Below are positions 29,652 through 39,945 of a stretch of 64,000 nucleotides of DNA, one piece after another. The position numbers and the translations under genes are program-made. The notes under the pieces are model-generated. The model saw only the letters and a list, made by a program, of their open reading frames with translations. It made no database searches and was not told the origin of the DNA. Location of the stretch: NCBI GenBank assembly GCA_965230895.1, contig OZ246394.1:1121887-1185886 (forward strand), in the 5' to 3' direction. The stretch comes from an uncultured Gammaproteobacteria bacterium (GTDB taxonomy: Bacteria > Patescibacteriota > Microgenomatia > Levybacterales > UBA12049). Each line of letters starts with the position of its first letter. Position 1 is the stretch's first letter.

Positions 29652-30731
29652 TTAAAAATAGGAATATGCCCAAAAGGAGAAACTTGTAATACCTCTTGTA
29701 CGTAAGTATTGTTGTTTTTGCCGTACAGAAGTCATATCTTCAAACCAAACAACATGCTTTTGCCCTTCACTATCTGTATAAGTAACTCTTGTTTCTGCAG
29801 ACAAAGCATCACGTTTAATAGCACATGACGTATAGTCGCAATCGTCAAGAAACTTCTGCTCAATTTCTTTATAAGTTAACGGTGAGCCTTGTGAAATAGC
29901 TTTTCCATTATTATCAACTTCCCAATCATAGCCAAACATACCAAAAATGATAGTAACATTCTTTGGAGAAGTGTACTGAAGAATATCATCTGCTAGTTCA
30001 GTCATATCATAACCATACGTTTCTTTACCTTGCATAGGAAAGTTTGGTCCCGGATTTGAGCGTGACTTATGGAAATCATACGCCATTAGCATAAAAGTGT
30101 TGTTCGCCTCAGAAAGTGATTTCACATCAAAAGGCCTTAGTCGATAAAACGTATCACCATATAAAGCCATAGTAAACTCCAATTTTGCCTCCTTCGTTTT
30201 TGTTGCAAAGTTATTTGAGAAGGTACTGATTTGATCTACAAGAGAGTCAAAAGGGATAGCACTCATTTCTAAATCGAGAACAATTCCTGAAAAACCGTTT
30301 TGTTTAGCATATGATACAGATTGATCTATTATTCGTGCCTGGGCGTTTTTATCTTTTAATATATTTGCGTTTACTTCCGAATCAACCATGCGTAGAACCA
30401 GAAGCGTTTTTTTACCTTGAGGCACATTTTCCCTAAAAGCATCTATTCGTGCATATCCTTCTTCTTCTGAAATTCCTTTCGCATTTGGTGTTATCCCGAA
30501 ATATAAATATTGGTCGTAGCCATTAAATGTCTCATCTCCAATTGCCCAATAAGGAACAAAAACAGAATTTACTGTTTTTTGATTTGGATCAATAGCAATT
30601 GAAGGAGTAGGAGAGAGCACTGTTTCTAAAATAGGTTGGGATAGATCTTTTCCTATTTTTGCTTTTGCGGCCTGAATAATAACGAAGACTAAGGCAAAGA
30701 GTAAAACAACTACAAGGATAAAACGCTTCAT
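29652..30731 (-). CDS. Glycoside hydrolase family 18 (chitinase/peptidoglycan-hydrolase-like), membrane anchored
   Basis: GFSGIVLDLE (DxE retained), LMAYDFH, FGYDW, VWFED, FW near the C-terminus. Confidence 0.85.
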   Translation of the reverse strand: MKRFILVVVLLFALVFVIIQAAKAKIGKDLSQPILETVLSPTPSIAIDPNQKTVNSVFVPYWAIGDETFNGYDQYLYFGITPNAKGISEEEGYARIDAFRENVPQGKKTLLVLRMVDSEVNANILKDKNAQARIIDQSVSYAKQNGFSGIVLDLEMSAIPFDSLVDQISTFSNNFATKTKEAKLEFTMALYGDTFYRLRPFDVKSLSEANNTFMLMAYDFHKSRSNPGPNFPMQGKETYGYDMTELADDILQYTSPKNVTIIFGMFGYDWEVDNNGKAISQGSPLTYKEIEQKFLDDCDYTSCAIKRDALSAETRVTYTDSEGQKHVVWFEDMTSVRQKQQYLRTRGITSFSFWAYSYF

Positions 30732-30786
30732 ATATGTATTATACCTCACTCTTCCAGAAACTCTTTTTTTACTCTATACTTAAGCT

Positions 30787-31227
30787 ATGGAAAAAGAAAA
30801 AAAGGCGATAATCTTCAATATCGTACTAGCTCTCGCAACAGTATTCCTTCTTATCACAGGGCCTTTATATGTCGTAGAAAATCTTACTTTCGTAATGGTC
30901 CAAGTATTTGGTATTTTACTTATTCTTTGGGCGCTTCTATCCAGAAACATGAATCGGACGCATACACATAAGCTTCCTCCTGGATATTTCTGGGTTTCAA
31001 AAGGTCCATATGAGATTATCCGTCATCCAATTTATGCAGGCTTCTTACTGATTCTGTCGAGCATGGTACAGTATAATTTTGAGATTATTCGTATCACATT
31101 ATTCCTTCTAATAATCGCTATCATATTTCTAAAAATTATTAGAGAAGAGGATACGATGCAAAAAGAGATAACTGAGTATGGTGAGTATATGCTGAAAACA
31201 AAACGGATTATTCCATATTTGTTTTAG
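30787..31227 (+). CDS. Isoprenylcysteine carboxyl methyltransferase/PEMT family membrane protein
   Basis: GPYEIIRHPIYAG, REE, Y.EY...TKRIIP. Confidence 0.85.
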   Translation: MEKEKKAIIFNIVLALATVFLLITGPLYVVENLTFVMVQVFGILLILWALLSRNMNRTHTHKLPPGYFWVSKGPYEIIRHPIYAGFLLILSSMVQYNFEIIRITLFLLIIAIIFLKIIREEDTMQKEITEYGEYMLKTKRIIPYLF

Positions 31228-31894
31228 GAAGATCTTCTCGTTTTAAGATAATAAAATATTCTTCTTTTCTTCTTTTTCTAAAAGCTCCAAGAATATTATC
31301 GATATCATGTTTTTGCGACTCATGCTTTGTCATTGCAGAAACTTTTTGCTCCCAAACAGGCTCAATATCAACGACTTTGGAAATATCGCTGTCTTTATAC
31401 CCTGGAGGGAAATAGATAAAATATGGCTTCTGAAAAGAACGTGCATATTCTGACATACAGTAATACCAAAGTTCAGAAACCGTTGAAACTTTTTCAAACA
31501 CAAAACTTGTAATCATGGATACAGCAATATGATCTATATGCCCTGATACCCCTCGTGGCTCATATGTTATAAGCATCTCTGGATCAAGTGATTCAATTTG
31601 CTGTTGTACTTTATCAGCTATTTCATGATATAGATTGTTTGAGAGTGTGCCATCGTGATAATCAAGAAAAAATACTTCTTTAACACCGATTGCAGTTGCA
31701 GACGCTTTCAGTTCGCCTCTGCGAATTTCTCCAAGGTTTACCCCGCTTGAATTCTCGAGGCTATTCATACCTGCGTCCCCATTTGTTACACAAATGATAT
31801 AAACATCTCGCTCTTTTGCCATCATGGCCATAGTCCCTCCTGGACCAAATACTTCATCATCTGGATGCGCAAATACTGCTACTACTGACTTCAT
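31208..31894 (-). CDS. PIG-L/LmbE family deacetylase
   Basis: AHPDDE, TNGDAG, RRGEL, GHIDH, HESQ. Start moved to MKSVVAVF. Confidence 0.9.
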   Translation of the reverse strand: MKSVVAVFAHPDDEVFGPGGTMAMMAKERDVYIICVTNGDAGMNSLENSSGVNLGEIRRGELKASATAIGVKEVFFLDYHDGTLSNNLYHEIADKVQQQIESLDPEMLITYEPRGVSGHIDHIAVSMITSFVFEKVSTVSELWYYCMSEYARSFQKPYFIYFPPGYKDSDISKVVDIEPVWEQKVSAMTKHESQKHDIDNILGAFRKRRKEEYFIILKREDLPKTNME

Positions 31895-32059
31895 ATATTC
31901 TATTATAGCAAGCTTTTTAAAATATGCGGTAGGGGATGCAAATTTTACATTTTTCAGTACGCTCAAATTGAAAGCTATTTTCCTTTTTACTTTAATGCGA
32001 GTTTTTTGCATCCGGCGGGGGAGCCAAAAATCGTTTTTGGCAGGGGAGTCGCATATCAT

Positions 32060-32425
32060 TATTTTTTCCATAATAATTTGTTTAGAAACTGTTTTATAAA
32101 TGATTTAACACTAAGAATTCTCAGGAAAGTTTTCAACATAAGATTTTAAAGTTATCCACAAAAAGACTTTCGTATCTTTTTGTTATTGGCAGTAGGCATT
32201 TCATTGTGAGAATAAACACCTATAATACGCAGAACATACTGATCGAACTATATCATCCGTGGCTAATTCTAGAGTTTAAGTCCCTATAATAAGCATTCGT
32301 ATTTTTTGCATTATATCGTGAAAAGTACCGTTGTGAAAAGATGATGATATAGTTGTATATGGTAATACTATGGGACTTAGATGATGCAGTTTGCACTACT
32401 CTCTTCCCTGTCTTTGTGGCTAAGT
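32060..32425. other. Candidate replication origin (DnaA-box cluster)
   Basis: Perfect TTATCCACA at 32152-32160. Near matches TTTTCAACA 32130, TTTTCCATA 32064, and minus-strand TTAGCCACA 32415, TTAGCCACG 32258, CTTTTCACA 32332. All lie in a 630 bp AT-rich gene-free gap. Confidence 0.5.
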
Positions 32426-32525
32426 ATATAATTCGTAGGACAAAAAATTATTTAAAATACAGAATACACTTGGAAAAATCAAAATTATGAAAGATATTAC
32501 AGATTAACTTCAGGCGTTTAAAGGA

Positions 32526-34667
32526 TTATTGCTCTATTCTACCTGTGAAAGTAGATTTAGCGAGGAGCTGGTCGATAATGTTCTTTGGAACATATTCATA
32601 ATGACTTGGTTCCATATAGAAACTTGCACGTCCCTTCGTCAATGAACGGAGTTGTGTTGCATATCCTGAAAGTTCTGAAAGTGGAACTTGCGCCAAAATA
32701 ATTGTCGCATTCCCCCGCTCTTCTGATCCACCGATTTGAGCCCGCTTTGATGAAAGATCACCCATAACTTCTCCCATGTATTCACTTGGAAGTGTTACTT
32801 CAACTTTCATGATCGGTTCAAGGAGTGTAATCCCCGCCTTCTTTGAAGCAGCTTGAATTGCTTGAGATGCAGCAATCTTAAACGCAACTTCGGAAGAGTC
32901 AACATCGTGGTATGAACCGTCATAGCAAGTTACTTTAACGTCGATAAGTGGATATCCTAAGAGCACACCATTATCCAAAGTTTCTTTAACACCCTTTTCT
33001 ACAGCCTTAATAAATTCTGCAGGAATAGCTCCTCCTTTGATCGCATTAACGAATTCATAGCCTTCACCTCGAGGTTTTGGTTCAAGTCGAAGCCAGCAAT
33101 GACCATATTGACCTCGTCCTCCGGACTGCTTAATGTATTTACCTTCAGCTTCTGCAATTTGTGAAATAGCTTCTTTATATGCAACTTGTGGAGCACCGAC
33201 GTTTGCCTCGACGTTAAATTCTCTCTTCATACGATCAACCATGATTTCAAGTTGGAGTTCTCCAATACCTGAGATAATAGTTTGGCCTGTTTCATGGTTT
33301 GTCTTAACTGTAAATGTAGGATCTTCTTCTTGAAGTCTCTTCATTGAATACCCAAGCTTTTCTTGATCTGATTTAGTCTTTGGTTCAATAGCAAGTGAGA
33401 TAACTGGTTCTGGGAATGTAATTTGCTCAAGAATAATTGGCTTATCTTCATCGCAGAGAGTATCTCCAGTAATGGTATCTTTCAATCCTACAATAGCTAC
33501 GATTTCTCCAGCATATGCCTCTTTTATTTCTTCACGGTCATTCGCATGCATCATGAGAAGACGACCAATACGTTCTTTAACACCTTTGTTTGCATTGTAA
33601 ACGTATGATCCTGCAGAAAGTTTTCCTGAGTACACACGGAAGTATGCAAGTTTTCCAACGTGAGGATCATTTTGGATTTTGAACGCCAATCCTGAGAAAG
33701 CTTCTTCAGGAATAAGTCTTCGGTTTTCTTCAGCATTTGTTTTTGGATTGATCCCTCGAACATCAGACAAATCTTGTGGTGATGGAAGGTAATCTACGAC
33801 TGCGTCAAGAAGTGGTTGAACACCTTTATTTCGAAGAGATGTGCCCGCGTACATAGGAACCAATTTGTATGCAATAACAGCTGCTCGAAGTGCTTTTCGA
33901 AGTTCTTCGACAGATGGTTCTTCTCCACCGAGATACTTTTCAAGAAGAGCATCATCAGTTTCTGCAATCTTTTCGATAAGCTTATTTCGATATTCTTCAA
34001 CTTGATCTTTCATGTCTTCAGGAACTTCATCCTTTACTTCATACTTTGCACCAAGTTCATCTGAACCCCAGATGTATGATTGTCGTGTCAAAAGATCAAC
34101 ATTACCTTGATATGTATTTTCAGCTCCAATTGGGAGAACCATAATTGCTGGATTTGCACCAAGTCGATCTTCAACACTTTTGACAGTATTAAGGAAGTCT
34201 GCACCAAGCTTATCCATCTTGTTAACGAAACAAAGTCGTGGAACTTTGTATTTGTCAGCTTGTCGCCATACAGTTTCAGATTGTGACTGTACACCTTCTT
34301 CAGCGTCAAGAACGGTAATACCACCATCAAGTACACGAAGTGAACGTTCTACTTCAGCTGTAAAGTCGACGTGCCCTGGAGTGTCAATAATGTTGAATCG
34401 AGTATCAAGTCCTACAAACATACCTGTTCTTGGAGTCCAGAATGCTGTGGTCGCTGCTGATACGATAGTAATACCGCGCTCTTTCTCTTGTTCCATCCAG
34501 TCCATCTGAGTATTACCTTCATCAATGTCACCAATCTTGTATGTACGCCCTGTGTAGAAAAGAATACGTTCTGTTGTAGTAGTTTTTCCTGCATCAATAT
34601 GCGCAATAATTCCGATATTTCGGATGCGGTCTAAAGGATAAATACGTGATTTTGGATCTGCTGCCAT
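32526..34667 (-). CDS. fusA: Elongation factor G
   Basis: [47 protein letters not shown]. Confidence 0.99.
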   Translation of the reverse strand: MAADPKSRIYPLDRIRNIGIIAHIDAGKTTTTERILFYTGRTYKIGDIDEGNTQMDWMEQEKERGITIVSAATTAFWTPRTGMFVGLDTRFNIIDTPGHVDFTAEVERSLRVLDGGITVLDAEEGVQSQSETVWRQADKYKVPRLCFVNKMDKLGADFLNTVKSVEDRLGANPAIMVLPIGAENTYQGNVDLLTRQSYIWGSDELGAKYEVKDEVPEDMKDQVEEYRNKLIEKIAETDDALLEKYLGGEEPSVEELRKALRAAVIAYKLVPMYAGTSLRNKGVQPLLDAVVDYLPSPQDLSDVRGINPKTNAEENRRLIPEEAFSGLAFKIQNDPHVGKLAYFRVYSGKLSAGSYVYNANKGVKERIGRLLMMHANDREEIKEAYAGEIVAIVGLKDTITGDTLCDEDKPIILEQITFPEPVISLAIEPKTKSDQEKLGYSMKRLQEEDPTFTVKTNHETGQTIISGIGELQLEIMVDRMKREFNVEANVGAPQVAYKEAISQIAEAEGKYIKQSGGRGQYGHCWLRLEPKPRGEGYEFVNAIKGGAIPAEFIKAVEKGVKETLDNGVLLGYPLIDVKVTCYDGSYHDVDSSEVAFKIAASQAIQAASKKAGITLLEPIMKVEVTLPSEYMGEVMGDLSSKRAQIGGSEERGNATIILAQVPLSELSGYATQLRSLTKGRASFYMEPSHYEYVPKNIIDQLLAKSTFTGRIEQ

Positions 34668-34768
34668 AGTTTTAACAAAAAATCATCCCGATTCTCGGGA
34701 CTGAAAGAGTATAGCATATACTTTGAGAGAAAAAAAGAGACTTTTGCCTAAACTGATATAATTCTAGA

Positions 34769-35506
34769 ATGACTGAAGCATTGAAAAGACAACCGTACAC
34801 TCTTGATGCGTTTGAACAAATGACTGTGGACAATTTTCGACGAGCTGAAGGAGAGATCACAGATTGGAAGCTTTATTATGCAGAAAGGTTGACTGACGAA
34901 ACCAAAGAATTTGGATTCCAACACGGACCTGGTTTATTGCTGTTGTCACCCGCTTATATGGTACCTGACTACGCTGTAGAAGATGAATCACTCCAGGAAG
35001 GTATGGCTGATGAACTTGGTGATAAGCTCTACTTCGCCGCTCATTTAGCTCGGCATATAGGTATTCCTTTGAAACGTATTGCAGCAAATGCACTAGGCAA
35101 ACATACTGATACACAATATACAGGCATAGAAACATTTTCAGACCTTCAAACAACAGTTATGGCAAACGCTCATAAAATTTCTATTCCCAATGAGCTTAGT
35201 TATGGAATGTTAAGCTTTATAAATGACGATCAGCCTCATATCGATGCACCCTTTACGAAAACAACTTTACAGGACAACCCACTTTTTGTCTTGATGCGGT
35301 TTACAAATAGACTTGTGGATTCTCTTGACCCGAGCACAAGAGATAGAGCGGCTGTTGAACCGACAGTAGATACCACAACTGCATTAGGTGATTATGTAAA
35401 TGCACTCACATATGTAGCCAAAGCCCGTCTTGGGAAAAATATTGAAGATATTGCACTTGCCACAAAAGCAAAATCTGAACACCGAAAGAAATACGGCAAA
35501 GTGTAA
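34769..35506 (+). CDS. MazG-like all-alpha NTP pyrophosphohydrolase domain protein
   Basis: LTDETKEF...ADELGDKLY and a second ALGDYVNAL helix motif. Confidence 0.55.
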   Translation: MTEALKRQPYTLDAFEQMTVDNFRRAEGEITDWKLYYAERLTDETKEFGFQHGPGLLLLSPAYMVPDYAVEDESLQEGMADELGDKLYFAAHLARHIGIPLKRIAANALGKHTDTQYTGIETFSDLQTTVMANAHKISIPNELSYGMLSFINDDQPHIDAPFTKTTLQDNPLFVLMRFTNRLVDSLDPSTRDRAAVEPTVDTTTALGDYVNALTYVAKARLGKNIEDIALATKAKSEHRKKYGKV

Positions 35507-35601
35507 TTACCTCTTTTTTATTCCCTTTCAGCTTTGACTTTTTCTCGTAAAAGCCATACACTAAAATTAAGCCGTGTTGTATCAACGACGGCTTTGTGGC
35601 T

Positions 35602-36210
35602 ATGGCTGAAAATACTGTCCCATCAATCAATTTGCTACCAAAGAAAGGTGAAAGCTTTTTAAACCAGTTTCTTAATTGGACACTGACAATTGGAAGACTT
35701 CTCATCATCATAGTTGAGTTCGTGGCATTAGGCACTTTTCTCTTTAGATTTGATCTTGATATGAAAATCGTTGATCTTAAAGACAAGATTGAAGCGCAAA
35801 GCTTTATTGTCGCTAACTTTCAAAAATCTGAGGCAAATTTCCGGGACATCCAAGACCGTTTGGAACTTATAAAGCGGTATGAACAGATTGGTGGAACAAC
35901 ATCAGGTATTTTTGCAGATATTACAAAGTTAGGAGCAGGAAAAGTCACATTCAAAGATCTTACTGTCGAACCTGAAAACGCAAAAATTGAAGCACAAGCA
36001 GGTTCCCCTGCTGCACTTATGGCTTTTGTGGCAGCATTAAAGCAGCACCCATCAGTAACAGGTGTCATTGTGGATAAAGTGCAAAACAGCGCTTCAACAT
36101 CCCTTGTCAGTGTAAGTATTACAGCAACGCTTAAGCCACAAGCTTTTGAAAAAGATGAATCATTAAATCCAAATGCGGGACAAGTGGCACCAATATTAGA
36201 GACTGAGTAA
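35602..36210 (+). CDS. Type IV pilus alignment protein PilN-like
   Basis: N-terminal INLLP motif, TM, coiled coil and ferredoxin-like C-terminus. Confidence 0.8.
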   Translation: MAENTVPSINLLPKKGESFLNQFLNWTLTIGRLLIIIVEFVALGTFLFRFDLDMKIVDLKDKIEAQSFIVANFQKSEANFRDIQDRLELIKRYEQIGGTTSGIFADITKLGAGKVTFKDLTVEPENAKIEAQAGSPAALMAFVAALKQHPSVTGVIVDKVQNSASTSLVSVSITATLKPQAFEKDESLNPNAGQVAPILETE

Positions 36211-36212
36211 TT

Positions 36213-36833
36213 ATGAGACTGCCTAAAAGTTATTTTGAAAGTTTATCTGCGACAAAATATCGCGAATATTTAAAGCTTCTTCCAAATATGGAGAAGGAGC
36301 ATACACGTGCATTTGTAACAATTGCTTTGACATTTGCAGCGCTTTCATTCTTTGGTATTTTTGCAATTAATCCAACCTTAACAACGATTGCAGAACTACA
36401 AAAAGAATTAGAAGATAACCAAATGGTAGATCAACAATTATCAGCAAAAATAAATAATTTGAGTCTTCTGCAGCAGCAATACAACTTATTAGAATCTGAT
36501 CTTCCTGTGGTTTATGCAGCGATTCCAAAAACAGCAGATGCTCCACTTCTCAGTGCACAAATAGAGGCACTTGCTAGAAAACATAACGTTACGATTGAAA
36601 CCTACAGAATTGCAGAAGTACAACTCGCCTCAAATAAGCAAAAACTTACGAAAACCACTTCGTTTACCTTTACGCTTGAAGCAACTGGAACATATCAGAA
36701 CATGATTAATTTCTCGACAGCGCTTGCAGGTCTTAATAGAATAGTTACTGTAGAATCCATGAGTATAAGTAGAGATAGTAAAACAAATGAACTTATGCTT
36801 ACATTACGAGGCAGACAATATTTCAAACCATAA
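36213..36833 (+). CDS. Type IV pilus alignment protein PilO-like
   Basis: TM, coiled coil, AIP, GTYQNMINF...LNRIVTVESMSI. Confidence 0.8.
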   Translation: MRLPKSYFESLSATKYREYLKLLPNMEKEHTRAFVTIALTFAALSFFGIFAINPTLTTIAELQKELEDNQMVDQQLSAKINNLSLLQQQYNLLESDLPVVYAAIPKTADAPLLSAQIEALARKHNVTIETYRIAEVQLASNKQKLTKTTSFTFTLEATGTYQNMINFSTALAGLNRIVTVESMSISRDSKTNELMLTLRGRQYFKP

Positions 36834-36836
36834 ACT

Positions 36837-37199
36837 ATGCGAGGAAAGAAACAACATAACCCACAAAAAGATATTTTATTTATTCTCGGATCATCGTTCG
36901 TAGTAGTCGTGGCATGGATTGGATTTAATCTTTACCATATATATATAACATCTACTGTTAGTGATGAGATACAAGTACAACTAACACCTATCAATCCAAC
37001 ATTTGATAAAGATTTAATCCGTGAACTTAAATCTCGAGAGAAAATAAATCCTGCATTTGATAAACAGCCAAGCGCATCAAGATCAGCTACTACCCCAACA
37101 GCTGAACCGACACCAGAAGCTTCAAATTCTGGGACTCTTGAGACATCATCACGATTTGCACCTGCCGACACGGAAATAGCGACAAGATCTGGACAATGA
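36837..37199 (+). CDS. Small single-TM protein at the PilP position
   Basis: One TM then PINPTFD and a Pro/Thr/Ser-rich tail; follows pilO. Confidence 0.6.
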   Translation: MRGKKQHNPQKDILFILGSSFVVVVAWIGFNLYHIYITSTVSDEIQVQLTPINPTFDKDLIRELKSREKINPAFDKQPSASRSATTPTAEPTPEASNSGTLETSSRFAPADTEIATRSGQ

Positions 37200-38590
37200 T
37201 ATATAACACAAAAAGTCTTTTAAATAGAAAAGTTCCTGCTTACGCGGGGATCTTTGTCCTGCTAGTAACACTTGGCCTTACTGTTCTTTTAAGTGGAAAT
37301 ACCGTTCAATTTGTTAGTAAAGCAACTGTCGGTAGTGAGCCTAAGAATGTGCAAGTCAGTAATATTAGCGCGACATCATTTACAATATCGTACGAGACGG
37401 ACCAGACAGCGGTTAGTACTGTTGCCTATGGGAAAGATACGGCCCTAGGAGATGTTGCATTAGATGTTAGAGATGTACTGACGGGAACACCTGCAGAACA
37501 CAGGCTTCACTATGTAACTGTACAAAATCTTGAACCCGGTACAGCATACTACTATACAATTACATCTGGAGCTCAAGTATCTGACAATAATGGTGCTCCA
37601 TATGAGATACGTACTGCTACAAATGTTGCTACATCTCCACCAACAAATGGAACTATTTCAGGTTCGGTCGCACTTGAAGATGGAACATTTCCAAATGAAA
37701 GTATTGTATACATATCTACAGAGACATCTCAGCTTTTATCAGCACTCGTACAACCAAATGGAACATTTACAACTTCTCTTGCTCAACTACGGACAAAGGA
37801 TCTGACAGCATATTCACCCGTTTTAGAGAAAACACCAATAAAGATATCTGCAACGAATGCAGCACTTCAATCAGAGGTTTCAGTGCTAGGAGAACAAATA
37901 GCTGAAGTTCCTAAAATTATTCTTTCGAAGAATTATGATTTTACTTTGAGTGGAGATGAATTAACGGCGAGTGAATCTGGTTCTTCTGCTTCGCAATCAG
38001 CGGGATTCCCAATTTTTGATGAAGCAGTTTCAGTGAGTTCACCTACGATTACAACACCTGAAGATCAACAAGTATTTAAAGACGCACAACCGTTATTTAA
38101 AGGGCAAGCACTACCAAATACTGGAATTGAAATCGTAATAACTGCTGATAGTGAAATTGCAGCATCATTACAGAGTGACTCAACAGGCATGTGGGAATTT
38201 AGACCACCGGTTGCACTAAATCCTGGACAACATACGATTACGATTTCTTCAATTGATTCCAAAGGAGCTATGCAAGATGTATCTCGAGCATTTACCGTTA
38301 ATGCTTCTGGAGGACAATTTACTGAGCCTTCGGTCTCTCCTATCCAACCCACACAAGGTCCCCCTGTTACTCCAACAGTTGCAGCTCTCCCCTCTCCTAC
38401 TCCAACATTGGAGCCATCACCGACTGCAACACCAACAGCAATTCCATCACCTACAATTGATCCAAATGCGATTAGCCCAACAAGAGGACCGCTCTCCCCT
38501 ACTGGTAGCTATTCTACTGTTGCTGGAATAATCACAAGTGTACTTTTCTTAGCAGGTGGTGTTATACTATTCTTCACAATTGCTGTGTAA
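37196..38590 (+). CDS. Surface protein with FN3 and Ig-like domains, Pro/Thr linker and C-terminal anchor
   Basis: PKNVQVSNIS...H.VTVQNLEPGTAYYY (FN3); PTITTP..PLFKG..GMWEF..LNPGQHTITI (Ig-like); LSPTG plus TM. Confidence 0.8.
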   Translation: MIYNTKSLLNRKVPAYAGIFVLLVTLGLTVLLSGNTVQFVSKATVGSEPKNVQVSNISATSFTISYETDQTAVSTVAYGKDTALGDVALDVRDVLTGTPAEHRLHYVTVQNLEPGTAYYYTITSGAQVSDNNGAPYEIRTATNVATSPPTNGTISGSVALEDGTFPNESIVYISTETSQLLSALVQPNGTFTTSLAQLRTKDLTAYSPVLEKTPIKISATNAALQSEVSVLGEQIAEVPKIILSKNYDFTLSGDELTASESGSSASQSAGFPIFDEAVSVSSPTITTPEDQQVFKDAQPLFKGQALPNTGIEIVITADSEIAASLQSDSTGMWEFRPPVALNPGQHTITISSIDSKGAMQDVSRAFTVNASGGQFTEPSVSPIQPTQGPPVTPTVAALPSPTPTLEPSPTATPTAIPSPTIDPNAISPTRGPLSPTGSYSTVAGIITSVLFLAGGVILFFTIAV

Positions 38591-38625
38591 TATCAGCATA
38601 AACGTAACTTACCTATTTACCTATT

Positions 38626-39909
38626 ATGAATATCGCAATCGTTGGTGCAGGATTTACAGGACTTTCAGCAGCCTATCAGCTTGCAAAAAAAGGACATTCC
38701 GTTACTATTTTTGAAAAAGACACACAACCAGGTGGACTGGCAATTGGATATAAAGAAAAAAATTGGGATTGGACAGTTGAGAAACACTACCACCATTGGT
38801 TTACCAATGATAATTTCGTACTCGATTTAGCCAAAGATATTAATTATAACGTTCTTATCAAAACTCCAAAATCATCTTTCTTTATTGATAATGCTCCATA
38901 TAAATTTGATACACCAGCAGCAATTCTTTCTTTTCCAAAACTTCCCATGGTAGATAAAGTACGTATGGCAGCTGTATTCGCTTTCCTCTTTAGACTAAAC
39001 CCTTTCTGGAAAAGTTTGGAAGGATACAAAGTTTCCGAATTTGTACCAAAACTTATCGGGAAAAAAGCTTACGAGCTCCTGTGGAAACCACAGCTTGTAA
39101 ATAAAATGGGCCAACATGCTGACAAGATATCACTTGTTTGGTTCTGGGCAAGAGTTAAAAAGAGAACAACTTCTCTTGCATACCCTGAAGGTGGCTTTCT
39201 GCCATTTGCACAAGCAGTTGTTACAGCAATTGAGAAAAATGGTGGAAAAGTGAAATTCAACCAAGAAGTTGTAGAAATATCTGAAAAGAAAAATCTCATA
39301 ACAGTATCCTATCGAGGTGTTAATAAAAGAAAAAAAACTGAAACATTTGATAAAGTTATTTTTACGCTCCCCTCATTCCTTTTTCTTAAGACTACTCCAC
39401 AATTACCTCAAAAATATAAAAAGTCTTTAGTACGTTTACAAGGATTGAGCGCAACAAATATGCTTCTCCGATTAAAGAAACCTTTTTTTAAAGATAGTAC
39501 ATACTGGATGAGTATATGCGAACAAGATGCGCCAATTATGGCTATCATTGAGCACACAAACTTTATGGATAAGAAGCATTTTGACAATGAACATCTTGTT
39601 TATGTCGGCAATTACGCTTTTACTGATAACAAACTGGAGATTACGAAAGAGAAGTTACTACCAATGTATGATGCCTATTTGAAAAAAATTAATCCAGAAT
39701 ATCGAAAAAATTTAATTGGATACGAACTTTTCAAAGCTCCATTTGCACAACCAATCGTACCAACTAATTATTCCAAAATGATTCCTCAAATGAAAACACC
39801 TCTTAACAATGTTATTCTCGCAAATATCGAGCAAGTCTATCCTTGGGATCGCGGAACTAACTATGCAGTAGAGCTTGGTGAAAAAGCTGCTGATATGATA
39901 ACAGAATAG
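38626..39909 (+). CDS. FAD-dependent oxidoreductase (amine oxidase/protoporphyrinogen oxidase-like fold)
   Basis: IAIVGAGFTGLSAA, FEK..GGLA, EKHYHH, YPWDRGTNYAV. Confidence 0.85.
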   Translation: MNIAIVGAGFTGLSAAYQLAKKGHSVTIFEKDTQPGGLAIGYKEKNWDWTVEKHYHHWFTNDNFVLDLAKDINYNVLIKTPKSSFFIDNAPYKFDTPAAILSFPKLPMVDKVRMAAVFAFLFRLNPFWKSLEGYKVSEFVPKLIGKKAYELLWKPQLVNKMGQHADKISLVWFWARVKKRTTSLAYPEGGFLPFAQAVVTAIEKNGGKVKFNQEVVEISEKKNLITVSYRGVNKRKKTETFDKVIFTLPSFLFLKTTPQLPQKYKKSLVRLQGLSATNMLLRLKKPFFKDSTYWMSICEQDAPIMAIIEHTNFMDKKHFDNEHLVYVGNYAFTDNKLEITKEKLLPMYDAYLKKINPEYRKNLIGYELFKAPFAQPIVPTNYSKMIPQMKTPLNNVILANIEQVYPWDRGTNYAVELGEKAADMITE

Positions 39910-39945
39910 CTCCATTCAGAATATTTTCAGATATAATAAAAGGAT

